From positions 1,696,001 to 1,760,000 of the forward strand of contig OY969564.1 in NCBI GenBank assembly GCA_963701095.1: a stretch of 64,000 bases of DNA, read 5' to 3'. Position numbers and translations under genes: made by a program. Below are positions 53,052 to 64,000 of this stretch, piece by piece (position 1 is the stretch's first letter; every line of letters starts with the position of its first letter). The notes below the pieces were generated by a model that saw nothing but the letters and a program-made list of their open reading frames with translations, did not search any database and was not told the origin of the DNA. This DNA comes from an uncultured Methanoregulaceae archaeon (GTDB lineage Archaea; Halobacteriota; Methanomicrobia; Methanomicrobiales; Methanospirillaceae).

Positions 53052-53639
53052 ATGGAGTATTCGGAAGGCCGGCTCGGTCGGGTATTTGTCCTCAGGATCG
53101 ATGACGGCGAGGATCTCCTGGCAGTCACGCAAAAGTTCCTCCAGGATAAATCTGTCAGATCCGGCACTATTCTTTTTCTTGGTGCTCTCAGGAAGGGACG
53201 GATGGTTACCGGTCCTGAAGAACCTACTATTCCGCCAGAACCACATTATATCATGTTCGAAGGTGGCTGGGAGATGGTTGGACTTGGTACGATTAGCCAG
53301 GGAGATGACGCTCCTGCCATTCATTTCCATGCATCGGTGGGACGGGCGGGGCATGCTCTGACAGGGTGCCTCCGGGATATGGCAATCACTTATATTGTTG
53401 CGGAGGTGGTAATTCTCGAATTTTCCGGTTGTAATATACATCGCCGCCTCGATGAAAAAATGGGCGTACCCCTTCCGGTCCATACAAAAACCGGCGAATC
53501 TGCACAACAGTCTCTTCCAAATACTGAACCAGATGCAGCGTCAGAAAAATCGGCCATTTCTGCCGGGAAAAAGGAAGAAGATATGCCAGGAGGCCTCGCT
53601 GAAATTATCCGTGATCTTACCCGGCGCCCGCGAGCTTGA
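53052..53639 (+). CDS. PPC (DUF296) domain protein
   Basis: LRIDDGEDL, LGAL, EMVGLGTI and IHFHASVG motifs. Confidence 0.85.
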   Translation: MEYSEGRLGRVFVLRIDDGEDLLAVTQKFLQDKSVRSGTILFLGALRKGRMVTGPEEPTIPPEPHYIMFEGGWEMVGLGTISQGDDAPAIHFHASVGRAGHALTGCLRDMAITYIVAEVVILEFSGCNIHRRLDEKMGVPLPVHTKTGESAQQSLPNTEPDAASEKSAISAGKKEEDMPGGLAEIIRDLTRRPRA

Positions 53640-55543
53640 CCAGCATCACAACACACAATATGAGACCTCAACCACTATTCCTTCCACTTTCTTCGGTCGA
53701 AGCCAAAGATCTAGGTATCGAACAATTTGACATAATCCTCGTCACGGGCGATGCCTACATCGATCATCCATCATTTGGTACAGCACTTATTGGCCGGGTT
53801 CTTTGGGACGCCGGTTTTTCTGTGGGTATTATCGCACAACCGGATATAAAGTCAGAACTGGATTTTAAGGCTCTTGGGCGACCCCGGCTTTTCTTTGGTA
53901 TTTCTTCCGGTAATGTCGACTCGATGGTCAATAACTATACACCCAACCTAAAACGCCGGAGTTCTGATGTATACTCCCCCGGGGGAATCTTAAAGCGCCC
54001 GGATAGAGCTACGATTGTCTATACAAATCGGATCCACAGTGCGTATCCAGATGTACCTATAATCCTTGGTGGGATCGAAGCAAGCTTGCGCAGGTTCGCG
54101 CATTACGATTACTGGCAGGACCGGGTACGCCAGTCCATTCTTGCCGATGCACCGGCCACTCTTCTTGCTTATGGTATGGCAGAAAGGCAGATGGTTGAAA
54201 TTGCCCTGAGGTTAGATGCCGGAGAACCTGCACGATCACTTAGGGATATACATGGGACTATGTATACTATGGAGGTGGCAGAATGGCGAACAGCACGGTC
54301 AAAATATATTGTTGAAATTCCAAGTTTTTCCGAGGTCGCTTCAGATACTACAGCATATGCAAAAGCGTTTTCCATCCATTACAAAGAACAGGATCCGGTG
54401 CATGGGAGAGCGGTAGCTCAGCCTCACCCAAAAACTGTAGTAATTCAGAACCCTCCGGCCAAGCCACTTTCTTCCACCGCACTCGACCATGTGTACGAAC
54501 TGCCATTCACACGACAGGCCCACCCCACTTACCATGAGCCAATCCCTGCACTTCTTCCGGTACAATTCTCAGTCGTAAGCCACCGGGGTTGTTTTGGAAG
54601 CTGTTCGTTTTGCGCTCTTACCCATCACCAAGGGCGGATTGTCCAGAGCAGAAGTCCCGCATCAATTATCCATGAGGTGACCCGGATTGCAGCAATGCCG
54701 GAGTTCCGGGGAATTGTGCAGGATGTGGGAGGTCCCACAGCCAATATGTATGGGATGGCATGTGACAAGTGGGCTATTGTCGGGGCATGCCAGGACAAAT
54801 TCTGCACTCCCGCCTGCAAAAACCTCCAGATGAATCACCGGAAAATCAGGGAACTTCTTGAAAAAATACGAGAAGTGCCCGGTGTGAAAAAAGTGTTTGT
54901 CGGCTCGGGTATACGGTACGACCTTGTTCTCGCTGATAATGAAGGATCCCATTACCTTGAAGATCTTTGCGGACACCACATTTCAGGACATCTCAAAGTC
55001 GCTCCTGAACATATCTCGCCAAAAGTAACTGTCGTAATGAATAAACCGGATGGTGTGGTATTTGATCGTTTTCTCACTCTTTTCATGTCGTTCCAGAAAA
55101 GCAAACCAAAACGTCAGTACCTGGTTCCCTATTTCATGTCCGGTCACCCGGGCTGCACAATAAAAGATATGATTGCACTTGCGGAATACATTCGGGATCA
55201 TAATCTCTATACTGAGCAGGTCCAGGATTTTACCCCAACTCCAATGAGTGTCTCAACATGTATGTACTATACGGGCCTCAATCCTTTTAGTCTCGAACCG
55301 GTGCATGTTCCCAAAGGGAATGAAAAGAAAATCCAGCGTGCGCTCATGCAGTATAAGGAATCGCAGAACAGGGATTTCATCATTGAAGGACTCCACATGG
55401 CAGGCAGGACCGATCTTATTGGGGCCGGAGATAAATGCCTTATTTCAGGAAAAGATCCCCAAGTTAGGTTGAAGACGGTGCCAGCCTTCCGGCGAAAACA
55501 CGCTGGACGAAAAGATCGTGATCCGCCTCAGGATCAAAAATGA
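53636..55543 (+). CDS. ygiQ: YgiQ (UPF0313) family radical SAM protein
   Basis: GDAYIDHPSFG, GGIEASLRRFAHYD and RGCFGSCSFC motifs. Confidence 0.93.
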   Translation: MTSITTHNMRPQPLFLPLSSVEAKDLGIEQFDIILVTGDAYIDHPSFGTALIGRVLWDAGFSVGIIAQPDIKSELDFKALGRPRLFFGISSGNVDSMVNNYTPNLKRRSSDVYSPGGILKRPDRATIVYTNRIHSAYPDVPIILGGIEASLRRFAHYDYWQDRVRQSILADAPATLLAYGMAERQMVEIALRLDAGEPARSLRDIHGTMYTMEVAEWRTARSKYIVEIPSFSEVASDTTAYAKAFSIHYKEQDPVHGRAVAQPHPKTVVIQNPPAKPLSSTALDHVYELPFTRQAHPTYHEPIPALLPVQFSVVSHRGCFGSCSFCALTHHQGRIVQSRSPASIIHEVTRIAAMPEFRGIVQDVGGPTANMYGMACDKWAIVGACQDKFCTPACKNLQMNHRKIRELLEKIREVPGVKKVFVGSGIRYDLVLADNEGSHYLEDLCGHHISGHLKVAPEHISPKVTVVMNKPDGVVFDRFLTLFMSFQKSKPKRQYLVPYFMSGHPGCTIKDMIALAEYIRDHNLYTEQVQDFTPTPMSVSTCMYYTGLNPFSLEPVHVPKGNEKKIQRALMQYKESQNRDFIIEGLHMAGRTDLIGAGDKCLISGKDPQVRLKTVPAFRRKHAGRKDRDPPQDQK

Positions 55544-55558
55544 ATAGAAAAAAGGCGT

Positions 55559-56908
55559 TTATTTCCTTCCATAATCATCTTCAAACCGTACGATATCATC
55601 TTCTTGGAGATACTCTCCCAATTGCACTTCGATCACTTCGAGAGGGATTACCCCTGGATTTTTAAGCCGATGCTGAACCCCGCTCCGCACAAATGTGCTT
55701 TCTCCCTGCCTGAGCAATATTGTCTCGCCATCGAGCTGCACTTCGGCAGTCCCACTGGCAACTACCCAGTGTTCGCTCCGGTGATGATGGAGCTGAAGGG
55801 AGAGCTTTTGTCCTGGTTTTACTGTAACACGCTTGATCTTGTGCCCTTTTAACTCCTCGAGAATAGTATATGACCCCCAAGGTCGGTGAACCTGCCGGTG
55901 GAACCGGGTAATTTGGTCGTTCTTCTCCTTAAACCGGTGAACTAAAGTCTTGACTTGTTCTGTTTGTCGGCTATCACAGATAAGAAGTGCATCAGCAGTA
56001 TCCACTACGACGAGGTTATCAACACCGATCATACCAACGTGCTTGCCCGGGGCATGCACATAATTATCCCGCGCTGATAGATACTCTGCCATTCCTACAT
56101 TTCCCTCATCATCATGAGGATTTATCTGATATAATGCCGCAAATGTCCCAAGATCGCTCCAATCAGCGTCGAGTGGCACAACAGCAACCATCTTTGACGG
56201 CTCAAGTAGGCCATAATCGATAGATGTGGCATCCAGCTTTCCGAAATCCGGTACTTTATTCCCGTTAAATGCTGCAAAAAGGCCGCGCTGATATTTTTTG
56301 AGTTCTCTGAAAAATACGGGGATAGAAAGAAGGAATATCCCGCTGTTCCAGAGATATCCGTTTTTTAGGTAAATAGCGGCAGTCTTCTTATCGGGTTTTT
56401 CTCTGAATTGTTCGACGACAAAACCTACTGGCAATGCTTTTCCAGGTTTAATATATCCATACCCGGAATGGGGAGAAGACGGTTTAACACCGAAAGTAAC
56501 AAGGTATTTCTTCGAGAGTGGTTCTGCAGCTTTAATCTGATCGATAGCAACGTCCCCAAGGAGGTGATCGCTCGGGAATACAACCGCAGTGGCGGCTTTG
56601 TCTTCTTTTCTAATCTCTTGTAAAGCCCATGCAATGGCTGGCAAAGTGTTTTTTTGCTCAGGTTCTGCAAGAATATGGCCTTCAGGTACCCCATAACCCA
56701 TATCTTCCATCTGATTTCGGACAAGATACTGATGGATCTCGTTTGTTACTACCCAAATCTCGTCCTCCCGGGAGAATTTTCTCGCCCTGTCACAGGTTTT
56801 CTGGAACAAGGATTTCCCCTCCATAGGAATGAACTGTTTGGGGAAATATTCGCGAGATAAGGGCCAAAGCCTAGTCCCCACGCCGCCGGCAAGAATAATG
56901 GTTTTCAT
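55559..56908 (-). CDS. manC: Mannose-1-phosphate guanylyltransferase / mannose-6-phosphate isomerase
   Basis: LAGGVGTRLWPLSR, WNSG and WSDLG motifs; cupin RPWG..LSLQLHHHRSEHW. Confidence 0.94.
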   Translation of the reverse strand: MKTIILAGGVGTRLWPLSREYFPKQFIPMEGKSLFQKTCDRARKFSREDEIWVVTNEIHQYLVRNQMEDMGYGVPEGHILAEPEQKNTLPAIAWALQEIRKEDKAATAVVFPSDHLLGDVAIDQIKAAEPLSKKYLVTFGVKPSSPHSGYGYIKPGKALPVGFVVEQFREKPDKKTAAIYLKNGYLWNSGIFLLSIPVFFRELKKYQRGLFAAFNGNKVPDFGKLDATSIDYGLLEPSKMVAVVPLDADWSDLGTFAALYQINPHDDEGNVGMAEYLSARDNYVHAPGKHVGMIGVDNLVVVDTADALLICDSRQTEQVKTLVHRFKEKNDQITRFHRQVHRPWGSYTILEELKGHKIKRVTVKPGQKLSLQLHHHRSEHWVVASGTAEVQLDGETILLRQGESTFVRSGVQHRLKNPGVIPLEVIEVQLGEYLQEDDIVRFEDDYGRK

Positions 56909-57008
56909 GGATCCTCTTGGAATCTTTTCCGGGATTTGCTCTCGGTCATGTTCTTAGTACTCAGTCGGGGATTATCCCTAATAAAAGTCGATCTTTACAA
57001 CATCGTCG

Positions 57009-58830
57009 TCATATAACCGGGACATCGATAAATTTCCTTAACCAAAGCTCGGTACATGCAATTCGCCAGATCTCAGGAGAATAAACAGAAGTACCCTCAA
57101 GGAATGCCTGATAATCCTGTACTACCGCAGCGGCATCCCAGTAAGGTCGGGATCTAAAACTTTGCGATGTGAAAATCTCCAGCATAAAAGACCGAAGCTC
57201 GTTTTTCATCCAGCACTCTTCTGGGGTAACAAAGCCCATCTTATCGCTGCGGCAACGCACTGTTTCCGGGATCTTTCCCCGGATAGCGGAGCGCAGGACA
57301 AATTTTGTTGAACCCTTCCGGATCTTTTGGGAGAGTGGGAGCGATGCAATATATTCCACCAGTCGTACATCAAGGAAGGGAACCCGGGATTCCAGGGAAA
57401 ACGCCATCGAGTTCCGGTCCTCGTAATGAAGGAGCGCTGGAAGATTCGTGGAAAGGAGCTCGCGGTGCAGGACTTCATCGAGCGTATCCTTGTACCGGTC
57501 GACGGATTTTGGATTATTTTTTAGGAGCTTCCTCCTCTTCTTACGGACATGTATTTGATCCCTTGCAGCAAGAAAGAAATTCCGATGTCGCCGGATACTG
57601 CCAAAAATCTCCGTAAGTGCTGTCCGCCAGTGAAATGTGCGGATAAGCCCCCTGATATAACTTCCCTGATATCCAAGGTAACCTGCCAGAAGTTCGTCAG
57701 CCCCTTGTCCGTCTAACACTACGATTACCTTTTTTTTTGCAAGCCTCATCACGCAGGTACTGGGCGTAAATGGAGAGTGAACCAAAAGGTTCGTCCTGTA
57801 TGTATATCAATCGGTCAATATCCTCACGGAGCTGGCTTGGTTTGGGTTCCGTTTTGTCTGCATCGACTCCGGTTGCAGCAACAATCTCGTCAATATACTT
57901 GCTCTCATCAAATTTTTTATCTGAGAACACAACAGAAAACGTTTTCTGCCTCAAACCGACACTTTCCGGGGCCTCATTTTTAATGAGCGAATTGATCATA
58001 ACCGTCAGAGTCGAGGAGTCGATCCCTCCGGAGAGACAGGTGCCCACAGCTGACATCGCTTCTCAGATGGATCCTAATCGCTTCCATGAGATGTGTATCA
58101 AGAGCGGCTGCAACCTCGTAATCGTCTTCACATCCCCGTATTTCCGGGTTCACTTTTACATCCCAATACTGGAACGGGAACTGGATTCCCTCTACGGTAA
58201 CGACAAGCGCATGGGCCGGTTCGATCTGGAAAATATCTTCGAACATAGTGTGGCTGCAATGGTCGTGTACTCCCCATGCGAGATAGGTGCCAAGCATATC
58301 TTCATCTGGGCCTTTTTTAACACCTGAGTGAACCAGCAGTGCTTTGATTTCGGATGCGAACAGAAACGATCCATCGACAATTGTGTAATAAAATGGTTTA
58401 ATGCCGAACCGGTCCGGGCGCAGAAGAGTTCCTGTTTCTTTTCATCCCACAGTGCAAACGCCCACATGCCATTAAACCGGGTCAGGCAGTCATAGCCCCA
58501 TTCCTCATAGGCATGAAGAATCACTTCAGTATCTGATTTAGAGTAAAATGTGTGCCCTTTTTCCACGAGTTCTTTGCGGAGTTCGATGAAATTGTAGATC
58601 TCGCCATTGAAGACCAGCCAGAGCGAATTATCTTCGTTTGTCATTGGCTGGAGGCCGTCGGGAGAAAGATCGATTATAGCGAGCCGCCGGTGGACGAGGC
58701 CAGCACTACCGTTTATGTGCAACCCCTCGCCATCAGGACCGCGATGGAAAAGCCGTTCAGACATGGCTGCGAGGAGTTGGCGATCAGGTTTTCCACCGTT
58801 ATAGCAATACTGACCTGCGATCCCGCACAT
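57009..58830 (-). CDS. asnB: Asparagine synthase (glutamine-hydrolysing)-type amidotransferase; three frameshifts (~58414, ~58051, ~57756)
   Basis: MCGIAG, HRGPD and NGEIYN; LSGGIDSS; LDGQGADE, DRNSMAFSLESRVPFLD motifs, spread over four ORFs that join with single-base corrections. Confidence 0.85.
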
Positions 58831-58905
58831 TCACCAGATCGTTAGTCGTTGTGGGGATTAAAATATGGTATAAGTATAAAGGATGCTAGCCGTTGATAAT
58901 AGAAA

Positions 58906-59394
58906 TTACCCGGGGTTTCTTCCGGTTTTAATGCCCTTTCGTGGCGACTTTTCCTTTACCGCTATTACCTCACAGGGAAAACATTTCTCCAGTTTGTCAT
59001 CTATAACCCGGTAGGCATTGGCAAGGACCGAGGAGTTTGAGATCATTCCTGAAAGCAGGATCACTTCGAGGATTTCCTCACGTGTTGCACCCATTTTGAT
59101 CGCGGCCTGCATATGGTAGCTGGTACAATACTGGCATTTCAGAGCCGCGCCCACTGCCATACTGATCAGCTCCACATATTTGGGGTCAAGCCGGCTGGTC
59201 TCAGCAACAGTTCCTTTGTAGAGCAGATGGGAAATGAGAACTTCGGGGCGTTCTCCCATTCGTTTAAAAATAAGCGGGACTTTCCCGTATTCCCGTTCAA
59301 TGACTTTTAGCCATTCTTCAGCTGTTGCTTCGGCTCCCTGTTCTACAATCTGCTTGAGCCGGTCCTCAAACTCGACTTCTTGTTTGCGTCCCAT
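58906..59394 (-). CDS. CMD/AhpD-like protein with CxxC
   Basis: ELISMAVGAALKCQYCTSYH..A..GAT.EEI; 9 nt downstream of mmp7. Confidence 0.85.
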   Translation of the reverse strand: MGRKQEVEFEDRLKQIVEQGAEATAEEWLKVIEREYGKVPLIFKRMGERPEVLISHLLYKGTVAETSRLDPKYVELISMAVGAALKCQYCTSYHMQAAIKMGATREEILEVILLSGMISNSSVLANAYRVIDDKLEKCFPCEVIAVKEKSPRKGIKTGRNPG

Positions 59395-59403
59395 GTTTTT
59401 CTC

Positions 59404-60342
59404 CTAAATCACTGTGTTGGTTTCTGAAAATGGCCTGACTCTTACTATAATGTAATCACGCATACGCGAAGGTTCAATGTCTGCGATGTCCCCGATTTTT
59501 ATTCCATCTTCAATCTCAACCTTCCGGAGCACTTCTGCATAGCTATCATATGGCAGTTTTACCCGAAGACCTGACATCTGCACCGTGAGCGGGGTTGGTG
59601 ACGTTACTGCGAGAATAGCTGGCACATGCTCACGAATAACGTCCATAAGTCTGGCCGGGGAAACCGAGAGAGGGTCTTTTGCAAGTTCCTCCCGCCGCTT
59701 TTCGAGGACCCGTGTGATTTCAGCAACAATTTCATCGAGTTTGGTGAGTTCCTCGGATTCTTTGGTCCGGTGCATGAACCGGCCGACATTTCCCACATAG
59801 CCATCTACCGCAGGTTCAACGATGCGCTGAAGCGTTTCCTTGTCCGGGCCGCCACAAAGAACGACCGGTACTTCCACCCCCCGGAGAAGTAATGGCATCT
59901 TATGCTCGATACAGGTCTCGAAATTGCCAAGAAGGTATACGGCAATGTCGTGCTCGTTTATGACGTCGCGTTCTTCATCATTTATACCTGCTATCCGCTT
60001 TCCCGGGCCACGTGCCAGGCTTACCATATTACTTTTGGCACCTATCCGGCGTACATACTCAGCGATATCGCATGAGGGGTGCGGTAAGTGGTGGATCTCA
60101 AGGCTCATGCTGACAATCGCAATCTCTGTCCCCACCAGTGGCGAATCGATCACCTCCCCAGCAAGCGGTTTTCCGATTGCCCGGATTAGTTCTACGTCAT
60201 CCTTTGGCACAAAGCACTGGAGGACCACTTCTTGGGCAATCATATGTTTCTGGACGATATACCCGCCAAGATCTTCGATGAGATCGATAATCTCGTTATG
60301 CCGGTACACACCGCCTTTGTAGGTGATCGGTACCAGGATCAT
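59404..60342 (-). CDS. mmp7: Methanogenesis marker protein 7
   Basis: YKGGVYRH..IEDLGG and HHLPHPSCDIAEY motifs; cluster context. Confidence 0.88.
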   Translation of the reverse strand: MILVPITYKGGVYRHNEIIDLIEDLGGYIVQKHMIAQEVVLQCFVPKDDVELIRAIGKPLAGEVIDSPLVGTEIAIVSMSLEIHHLPHPSCDIAEYVRRIGAKSNMVSLARGPGKRIAGINDEERDVINEHDIAVYLLGNFETCIEHKMPLLLRGVEVPVVLCGGPDKETLQRIVEPAVDGYVGNVGRFMHRTKESEELTKLDEIVAEITRVLEKRREELAKDPLSVSPARLMDVIREHVPAILAVTSPTPLTVQMSGLRVKLPYDSYAEVLRKVEIEDGIKIGDIADIEPSRMRDYIIVRVRPFSETNTVI

Positions 60343-60920
60343 GGCGTCTCCCCCATGAGTGCGAATTTCTCTTTTATCAGCGAGAGGCCAGTGTCAGTCA
60401 GGGTGTCTTCGCTCGCGACAAACGAGAATTTTTCAGCCCCATAGTTTTCGCTTCTGACGCGGAACCCCTCGGGGCAGATGCAACGGAAGGCGTAGACAAG
60501 ATCCTTATACAAAGCTTCGCTGGGATCGGCGATCGCCATCTCTTCTATTTCCCGGGAACTGGCCGTGATTCCTGTCAGGATAACAGTGAACCGGTCCGGC
60601 TGGTCAACATGGTCTTTGCCGAACCGGTCCCAGAACAGCTTGAGCATCGGTGCAAGATAGGTCTCGTCCGATATTGCAAGCGTCATCTTGCCTTCCTGGG
60701 GGTTAACATTGGCGATGTCGCTTACCCGCACCAGAGTTGTAACTTTTTTAAGGATTCCTACGGCTACAAAAATAGGGATTCTGGGGTCAATGTAGACATG
60801 GAGTCTGTGGATCACGCGGAGGAGATTGTGGTCAAGAAGGACGTCGTTTGTGATCTGCCGGTAGTATTCCCCGCCGAGTTTTTCCGTGCATTCCACTTCA
60901 AAATATTCAATGGCCTGCAT
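60339..60920 (-). CDS. mmp17: Methanogenesis marker protein 17
   Basis: VECTE..G..Y, QPDR and PEGFRVR motifs; lies between mmp15 and mmp7. Confidence 0.82.
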   Translation of the reverse strand: MQAIEYFEVECTEKLGGEYYRQITNDVLLDHNLLRVIHRLHVYIDPRIPIFVAVGILKKVTTLVRVSDIANVNPQEGKMTLAISDETYLAPMLKLFWDRFGKDHVDQPDRFTVILTGITASSREIEEMAIADPSEALYKDLVYAFRCICPEGFRVRSENYGAEKFSFVASEDTLTDTGLSLIKEKFALMGETP

Positions 60921-62160
60921 CTGCCCCGTCCCTGATAAATCCTGATGCCAATAGCGCCGAACCTACTGCACCTATATATTGCGAGTTTGGCGGAACGACA
61001 ATTTTTGTCTTAAGGAGTTTTCCCATCGCATATACCAGACCTTCGATGAGTGAGGTGCCGCCCACCATGATCACCGGTTCCTTAATGTCCACTTCCTGGA
61101 GCTGCTGTTCGAAGACCTGTTCGGCAACGCTGTGACAGGCCGCGGCGGCCACATCCTCTCGTGTACTTCCGGCAGCAAGGGCGTTGACAAGGCTCTGGGT
61201 GCCAAATACGATACAATAACTGTTCATGGGAACCCGGGCACCCATACCTTTCATGGCAAGCGGCCCCAGTTCAGTGATCTCGATACCGAGGCGCTTGGAG
61301 GTCATTTCAAGGAACCTGCCACTGGCACCTGCGCAGATGCCGCCCATGGTAAAAGTACCGGGAATACCATCCATAACCGAAATGGCTTTATTGTCCATTC
61401 CACCGATATCGATAACCGTTGCAGGCCCGTGCTGCCGATCCGCGAGGTAAACTGCGCCCTTCGAGTTTACGGTCAATTCTTCTTGAATCAGATCGGCATT
61501 GAAATCTTTTCCGACAAGGAACCTTCCATAGCCGGTTGTCCCAATCGCTTCGACATCTTCAAGTTTCATCCCCGCTTCGCCAAGAGCATGAGTTGCTACA
61601 TCCCGGGCGCTCTTGAGCACTTCAGTCGTCGGTTGCCAGCCTCTGCCGATGATTTTATTATCCTTCATTAATATGGCCTTTGTCGTCGATGAGCCGGAAT
61701 CGATGCCAAGTGTAATCCCCTCCTGGACCTCACGGGCCAGAAGTGCCCTTCTCCTGGCAATCGTTGTGAGTGCCTCCATCCGGGTGAGAAGTGTTCCTGC
61801 GGTTGTGCGTTCCGTAAACGAGTAGCTGACTACAGGAAGCCGCGAGTGCTCGTGAATATACCGCCGCAGCTCGTTTCTGACTATTGCGGCTTCGGCACAG
61901 CGAAAGCAGGTTGCAATAAAAACCGCGTCGGCTTCCACTCTGCCATCGATAAGCGCCATTGCCCGTGAAATGGCAAGTCTCAGGTCAGGACTCCTGACTT
62001 CAAGGCCGAATGATTCAAAATCCCGCATTATGTCTTTAAGGGCAACATCCGGGAAAAAGATCTCGCCGTTCACCGCTTTTGCTGCTTGGTTAATCTCTTC
62101 CTGAACCCCTGAATAATCCGGGCCGCAGGAAAGCTGGGCGATACGTACCGGCGCTGTCAT
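60907..62160 (-). CDS. mmp15: Methanogenesis marker protein 15 (ASKHA activator-type ATPase)
   Basis: [37 protein letters not shown] and [10 protein letters not shown] motifs. Confidence 0.9.
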   Translation of the reverse strand: MTAPVRIAQLSCGPDYSGVQEEINQAAKAVNGEIFFPDVALKDIMRDFESFGLEVRSPDLRLAISRAMALIDGRVEADAVFIATCFRCAEAAIVRNELRRYIHEHSRLPVVSYSFTERTTAGTLLTRMEALTTIARRRALLAREVQEGITLGIDSGSSTTKAILMKDNKIIGRGWQPTTEVLKSARDVATHALGEAGMKLEDVEAIGTTGYGRFLVGKDFNADLIQEELTVNSKGAVYLADRQHGPATVIDIGGMDNKAISVMDGIPGTFTMGGICAGASGRFLEMTSKRLGIEITELGPLAMKGMGARVPMNSYCIVFGTQSLVNALAAGSTREDVAAAACHSVAEQVFEQQLQEVDIKEPVIMVGGTSLIEGLVYAMGKLLKTKIVVPPNSQYIGAVGSALLASGFIRDGADAGH

Positions 62161-62603
62161 GATTTTTCTCCCAGATCGGAAAGGAATCGTTTAAGGGCTG
62201 CAACAAATTGTGTTCCCTCGTCCTCATTTTTCGGGTATTCCAGCTCGAGCTTTGGCATATTCTTTTGACGGATTAGAAACTTCAACAGCTCGTTTGTCCG
62301 TGCACAGCCCATGCAGCCGAATGCGAAATCGGAATTATTGATAATTATCGCAGCATCACACATCTCTATCATCGGGCCATACAAGGCCATGCGTCCTCTG
62401 ACCCCGCTTGGGACTTCAACTGCCGCCCACCGGAGCCCCTTCTTGGGCTCTTCAGGTGTTATCTGGAGCGGCATGGATTCAAGCCCGGCGGTCTGAACGC
62501 GCTCCCGGATTGCGATTGCTGAACCAAGGGGTGTGTGGCCAAAGCGTGTCACCATATCAGAAAGAATCAGGCTTGTTGCAGGGTAAATGAATATTTTTGC
62601 CAT
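62157..62603 (-). CDS. mmp5: Methanogenesis marker protein 5
   Basis: [23 protein letters not shown] and [11 protein letters not shown] motifs. Confidence 0.9.
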   Translation of the reverse strand: MAKIFIYPATSLILSDMVTRFGHTPLGSAIAIRERVQTAGLESMPLQITPEEPKKGLRWAAVEVPSGVRGRMALYGPMIEMCDAAIIINNSDFAFGCMGCARTNELLKFLIRQKNMPKLELEYPKNEDEGTQFVAALKRFLSDLGEKS

Positions 62604-62605
62604 GG

Positions 62606-63065
62606 TCAGGGCTCCTGTGCATCGATCATTTTCTTTAACCGGTAAATGTCAAGGCGTGACGATGTCAGCTGGGGTTTCGGAGCCGGCACAGTTGAGGCGT
62701 CGCGGTGTTCAAGTTCTTCGATGGCGTGAGAAATATAAGGGAGAATGGTCATTTCAAACTCAATCCCGTGGAAACCCGGCCGGGCTCCGCCAAGTGTTGC
62801 CCGGCATCTCCGGGCATCCCCTGGTGGGAACCCGCGGTCTTTTACAAAAATATGGGCCGGATCCATTTTCCGGACTTCGGCGATCACCCGGTTAACCTCG
62901 TCTTCTTTTCCCATTACAACAAGGCCAAAACAGTTCTCCTTGATCATTACACCTTTTGCTACCTCGTATGCCCGGATGGCTACATCAGACCGGCGTTAAG
63001 GTATACGATTCCACCACTACATACCGGGTCACTGTTCCAACGTTTGCCGGCGTATAATCAGTCAC
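62606..63065 (-). CDS. mmp6: Methanogenesis marker protein 6; frameshift near 62988
   Basis: IKENCFG, KDRGFPPGD.RRCR..GG.RPGF motifs. The N-terminus (VTDY..TRYVVVES..LTP) starts at GTG 63065 in another frame. Confidence 0.85.
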
Positions 63066-64000
63066 TGTTTCACCTCGCGGATATAGACAATCTGCCGTTC
63101 TTTTACGTTCTTTAGTTTATCCGTGTCGATCACTCTTCCGATAACATTAGTGCCTTCAAACGGTTCGGAAGTCGGGCCAAACTCGCGGTTCGCCGATAAC
63201 CTCACTCCAACAAGGCCAGAACCTTTACGGGAATCATTGGTAATTGCAAGGGCCGCAGCAGGTGCTTCGCCGACCGGACAATTCTCGGGATAGATCTTTA
63301 CTGTTGTCGGGATTTTTGGCTTGAAGAGATACACGTCATCAAAGATGAAGAATGCCGGCATCATACCGGCATCATGCTCGTGCAGCCCGGTAATACGACG
63401 GAATGTATCGCAGCTCATGGGGGCAAGGGCATCGTCAAGAACGATATCAATAACCTGATCGAATGGCGCCGTAGTAACTTTTACCGATCGCTCACTGAGT
63501 ACATCAAGGGTCGTCCCCGGCTCCTGTGAGACAACAATCCGGTCTTTTTTGTCGCTATCAACGATCAGGGAAACTTCCCGGTCTGCTACGACTTTTTTAG
63601 CCTCTTCCAGGGGCAGGCCGAGGAGATCAATGCGTGGCGGAACAACCCGAATCGAGAGGACATCGCTTTCTTTTGCAAGCTTTACCAGTTCGATGCCGTG
63701 AACTACCTGTCCGACAACACTGTGAGCCGGGCTGCTGGGAACATCGGCCCGGTAGATGTACACCCCTCCGACAGAGGGTCCTTGGGTTCGTACGGTAACC
63801 GTACCTTCGCGACGGGGACGCTTGAATTGTGCCGGGACATCGGTGCCGACAAGTTTCCGGTCAAGGATATGGGTGCTTGTTGCACGGTCAACAACAAATT
63901 TCCCGGATTCAAGAGCCACAAGCAGGTGTTCAACACTGCCTGCGGCCTCAGTGGTAATCCGGTCCGGGAAATAACCCTGCCCCGTTACCCTGACATGGGT
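63062..64000 (-). CDS. mmp3: Methanogenesis marker protein 3 (partial; 5' end beyond the window)
   Basis: RREGTVTVR..G..YIYR..HSVVG and GVRL...EFGPT.EPF..TN.IG motifs; the frame is open to the window edge. Confidence 0.88.
   Translation of the reverse strand, partial: THVRVTGQGYFPDRITTEAAGSVEHLLVALESGKFVVDRATSTHILDRKLVGTDVPAQFKRPRREGTVTVRTQGPSVGGVYIYRADVPSSPAHSVVGQVVHGIELVKLAKESDVLSIRVVPPRIDLLGLPLEEAKKVVADREVSLIVDSDKKDRIVVSQEPGTTLDVLSERSVKVTTAPFDQVIDIVLDDALAPMSCDTFRRITGLHEHDAGMMPAFFIFDDVYLFKPKIPTTVKIYPENCPVGEAPAAALAITNDSRKGSGLVGVRLSANREFGPTSEPFEGTNVIGRVIDTDKLKNVKERQIVYIREVKQ

Noticed and set aside
2225..62990. Selenocysteine read-through at premature TGA codons, prompted by the SelB-like gene
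   Set aside because: The downstream coding sequence continues in a different frame, so read-through would not restore the proteins.
1..64000. CRISPR arrays, tRNA/rRNA genes, IS elements, proviral genes
   Set aside because: No regularly spaced repeats, cloverleaf or rRNA signatures, transposase or integrase ORFs were seen by eye. Small RNAs could have been missed.

Overview
Chromosomal segment of a hydrogenotrophic methanogenic archaeon. The methanogenesis-marker gene cluster, ech operon, orc1/cdc6 with ORB elements and archaeal TATA promoters point to Methanomicrobiales, probably Methanoregula-like (inference, no database search run). Left to right: a membrane-anchored response regulator; a four-gene secreted-protein cluster (1.4-6.5 kb); PPK2; echA-F, divergent from hppA, which has a long, highly structured 5' leader; class II ribonucleotide reductase; a redox-stress gene group; an AlkD-like protein; a lipoprotein serpin; pdxST, cobD and purA; cdc6 with a clear oriC; a ribosome-biogenesis/housekeeping block; an AT-rich CDP-paratose/tyvelose plus GtrA/GT2/GT-C glycosylation island; a SelB-like gene, lemA, ygiQ, manC and asnB; and the mmp3-6-5-15-17-7 cluster. 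Best novelty candidate: the 1.4-6.5 kb cluster looks like an archaeal counterpart of the Firmicute WxL/csc surface complex. It has a putative tip adhesin, a shaft subunit, a DUF916/DUF3324-like assembly factor with a GAIN/ZU5-like HLS autoproteolysis motif, and a membrane anchor that shares an N-terminal donor-strand-like motif with the shaft subunit. Also notable: about 10 frameshifts, each repairable by one base, most at GTAC or AGCT. This suggests methylation-linked long-read errors rather than real pseudogenes. No tRNA, rRNA, CRISPR array or transposase was seen.
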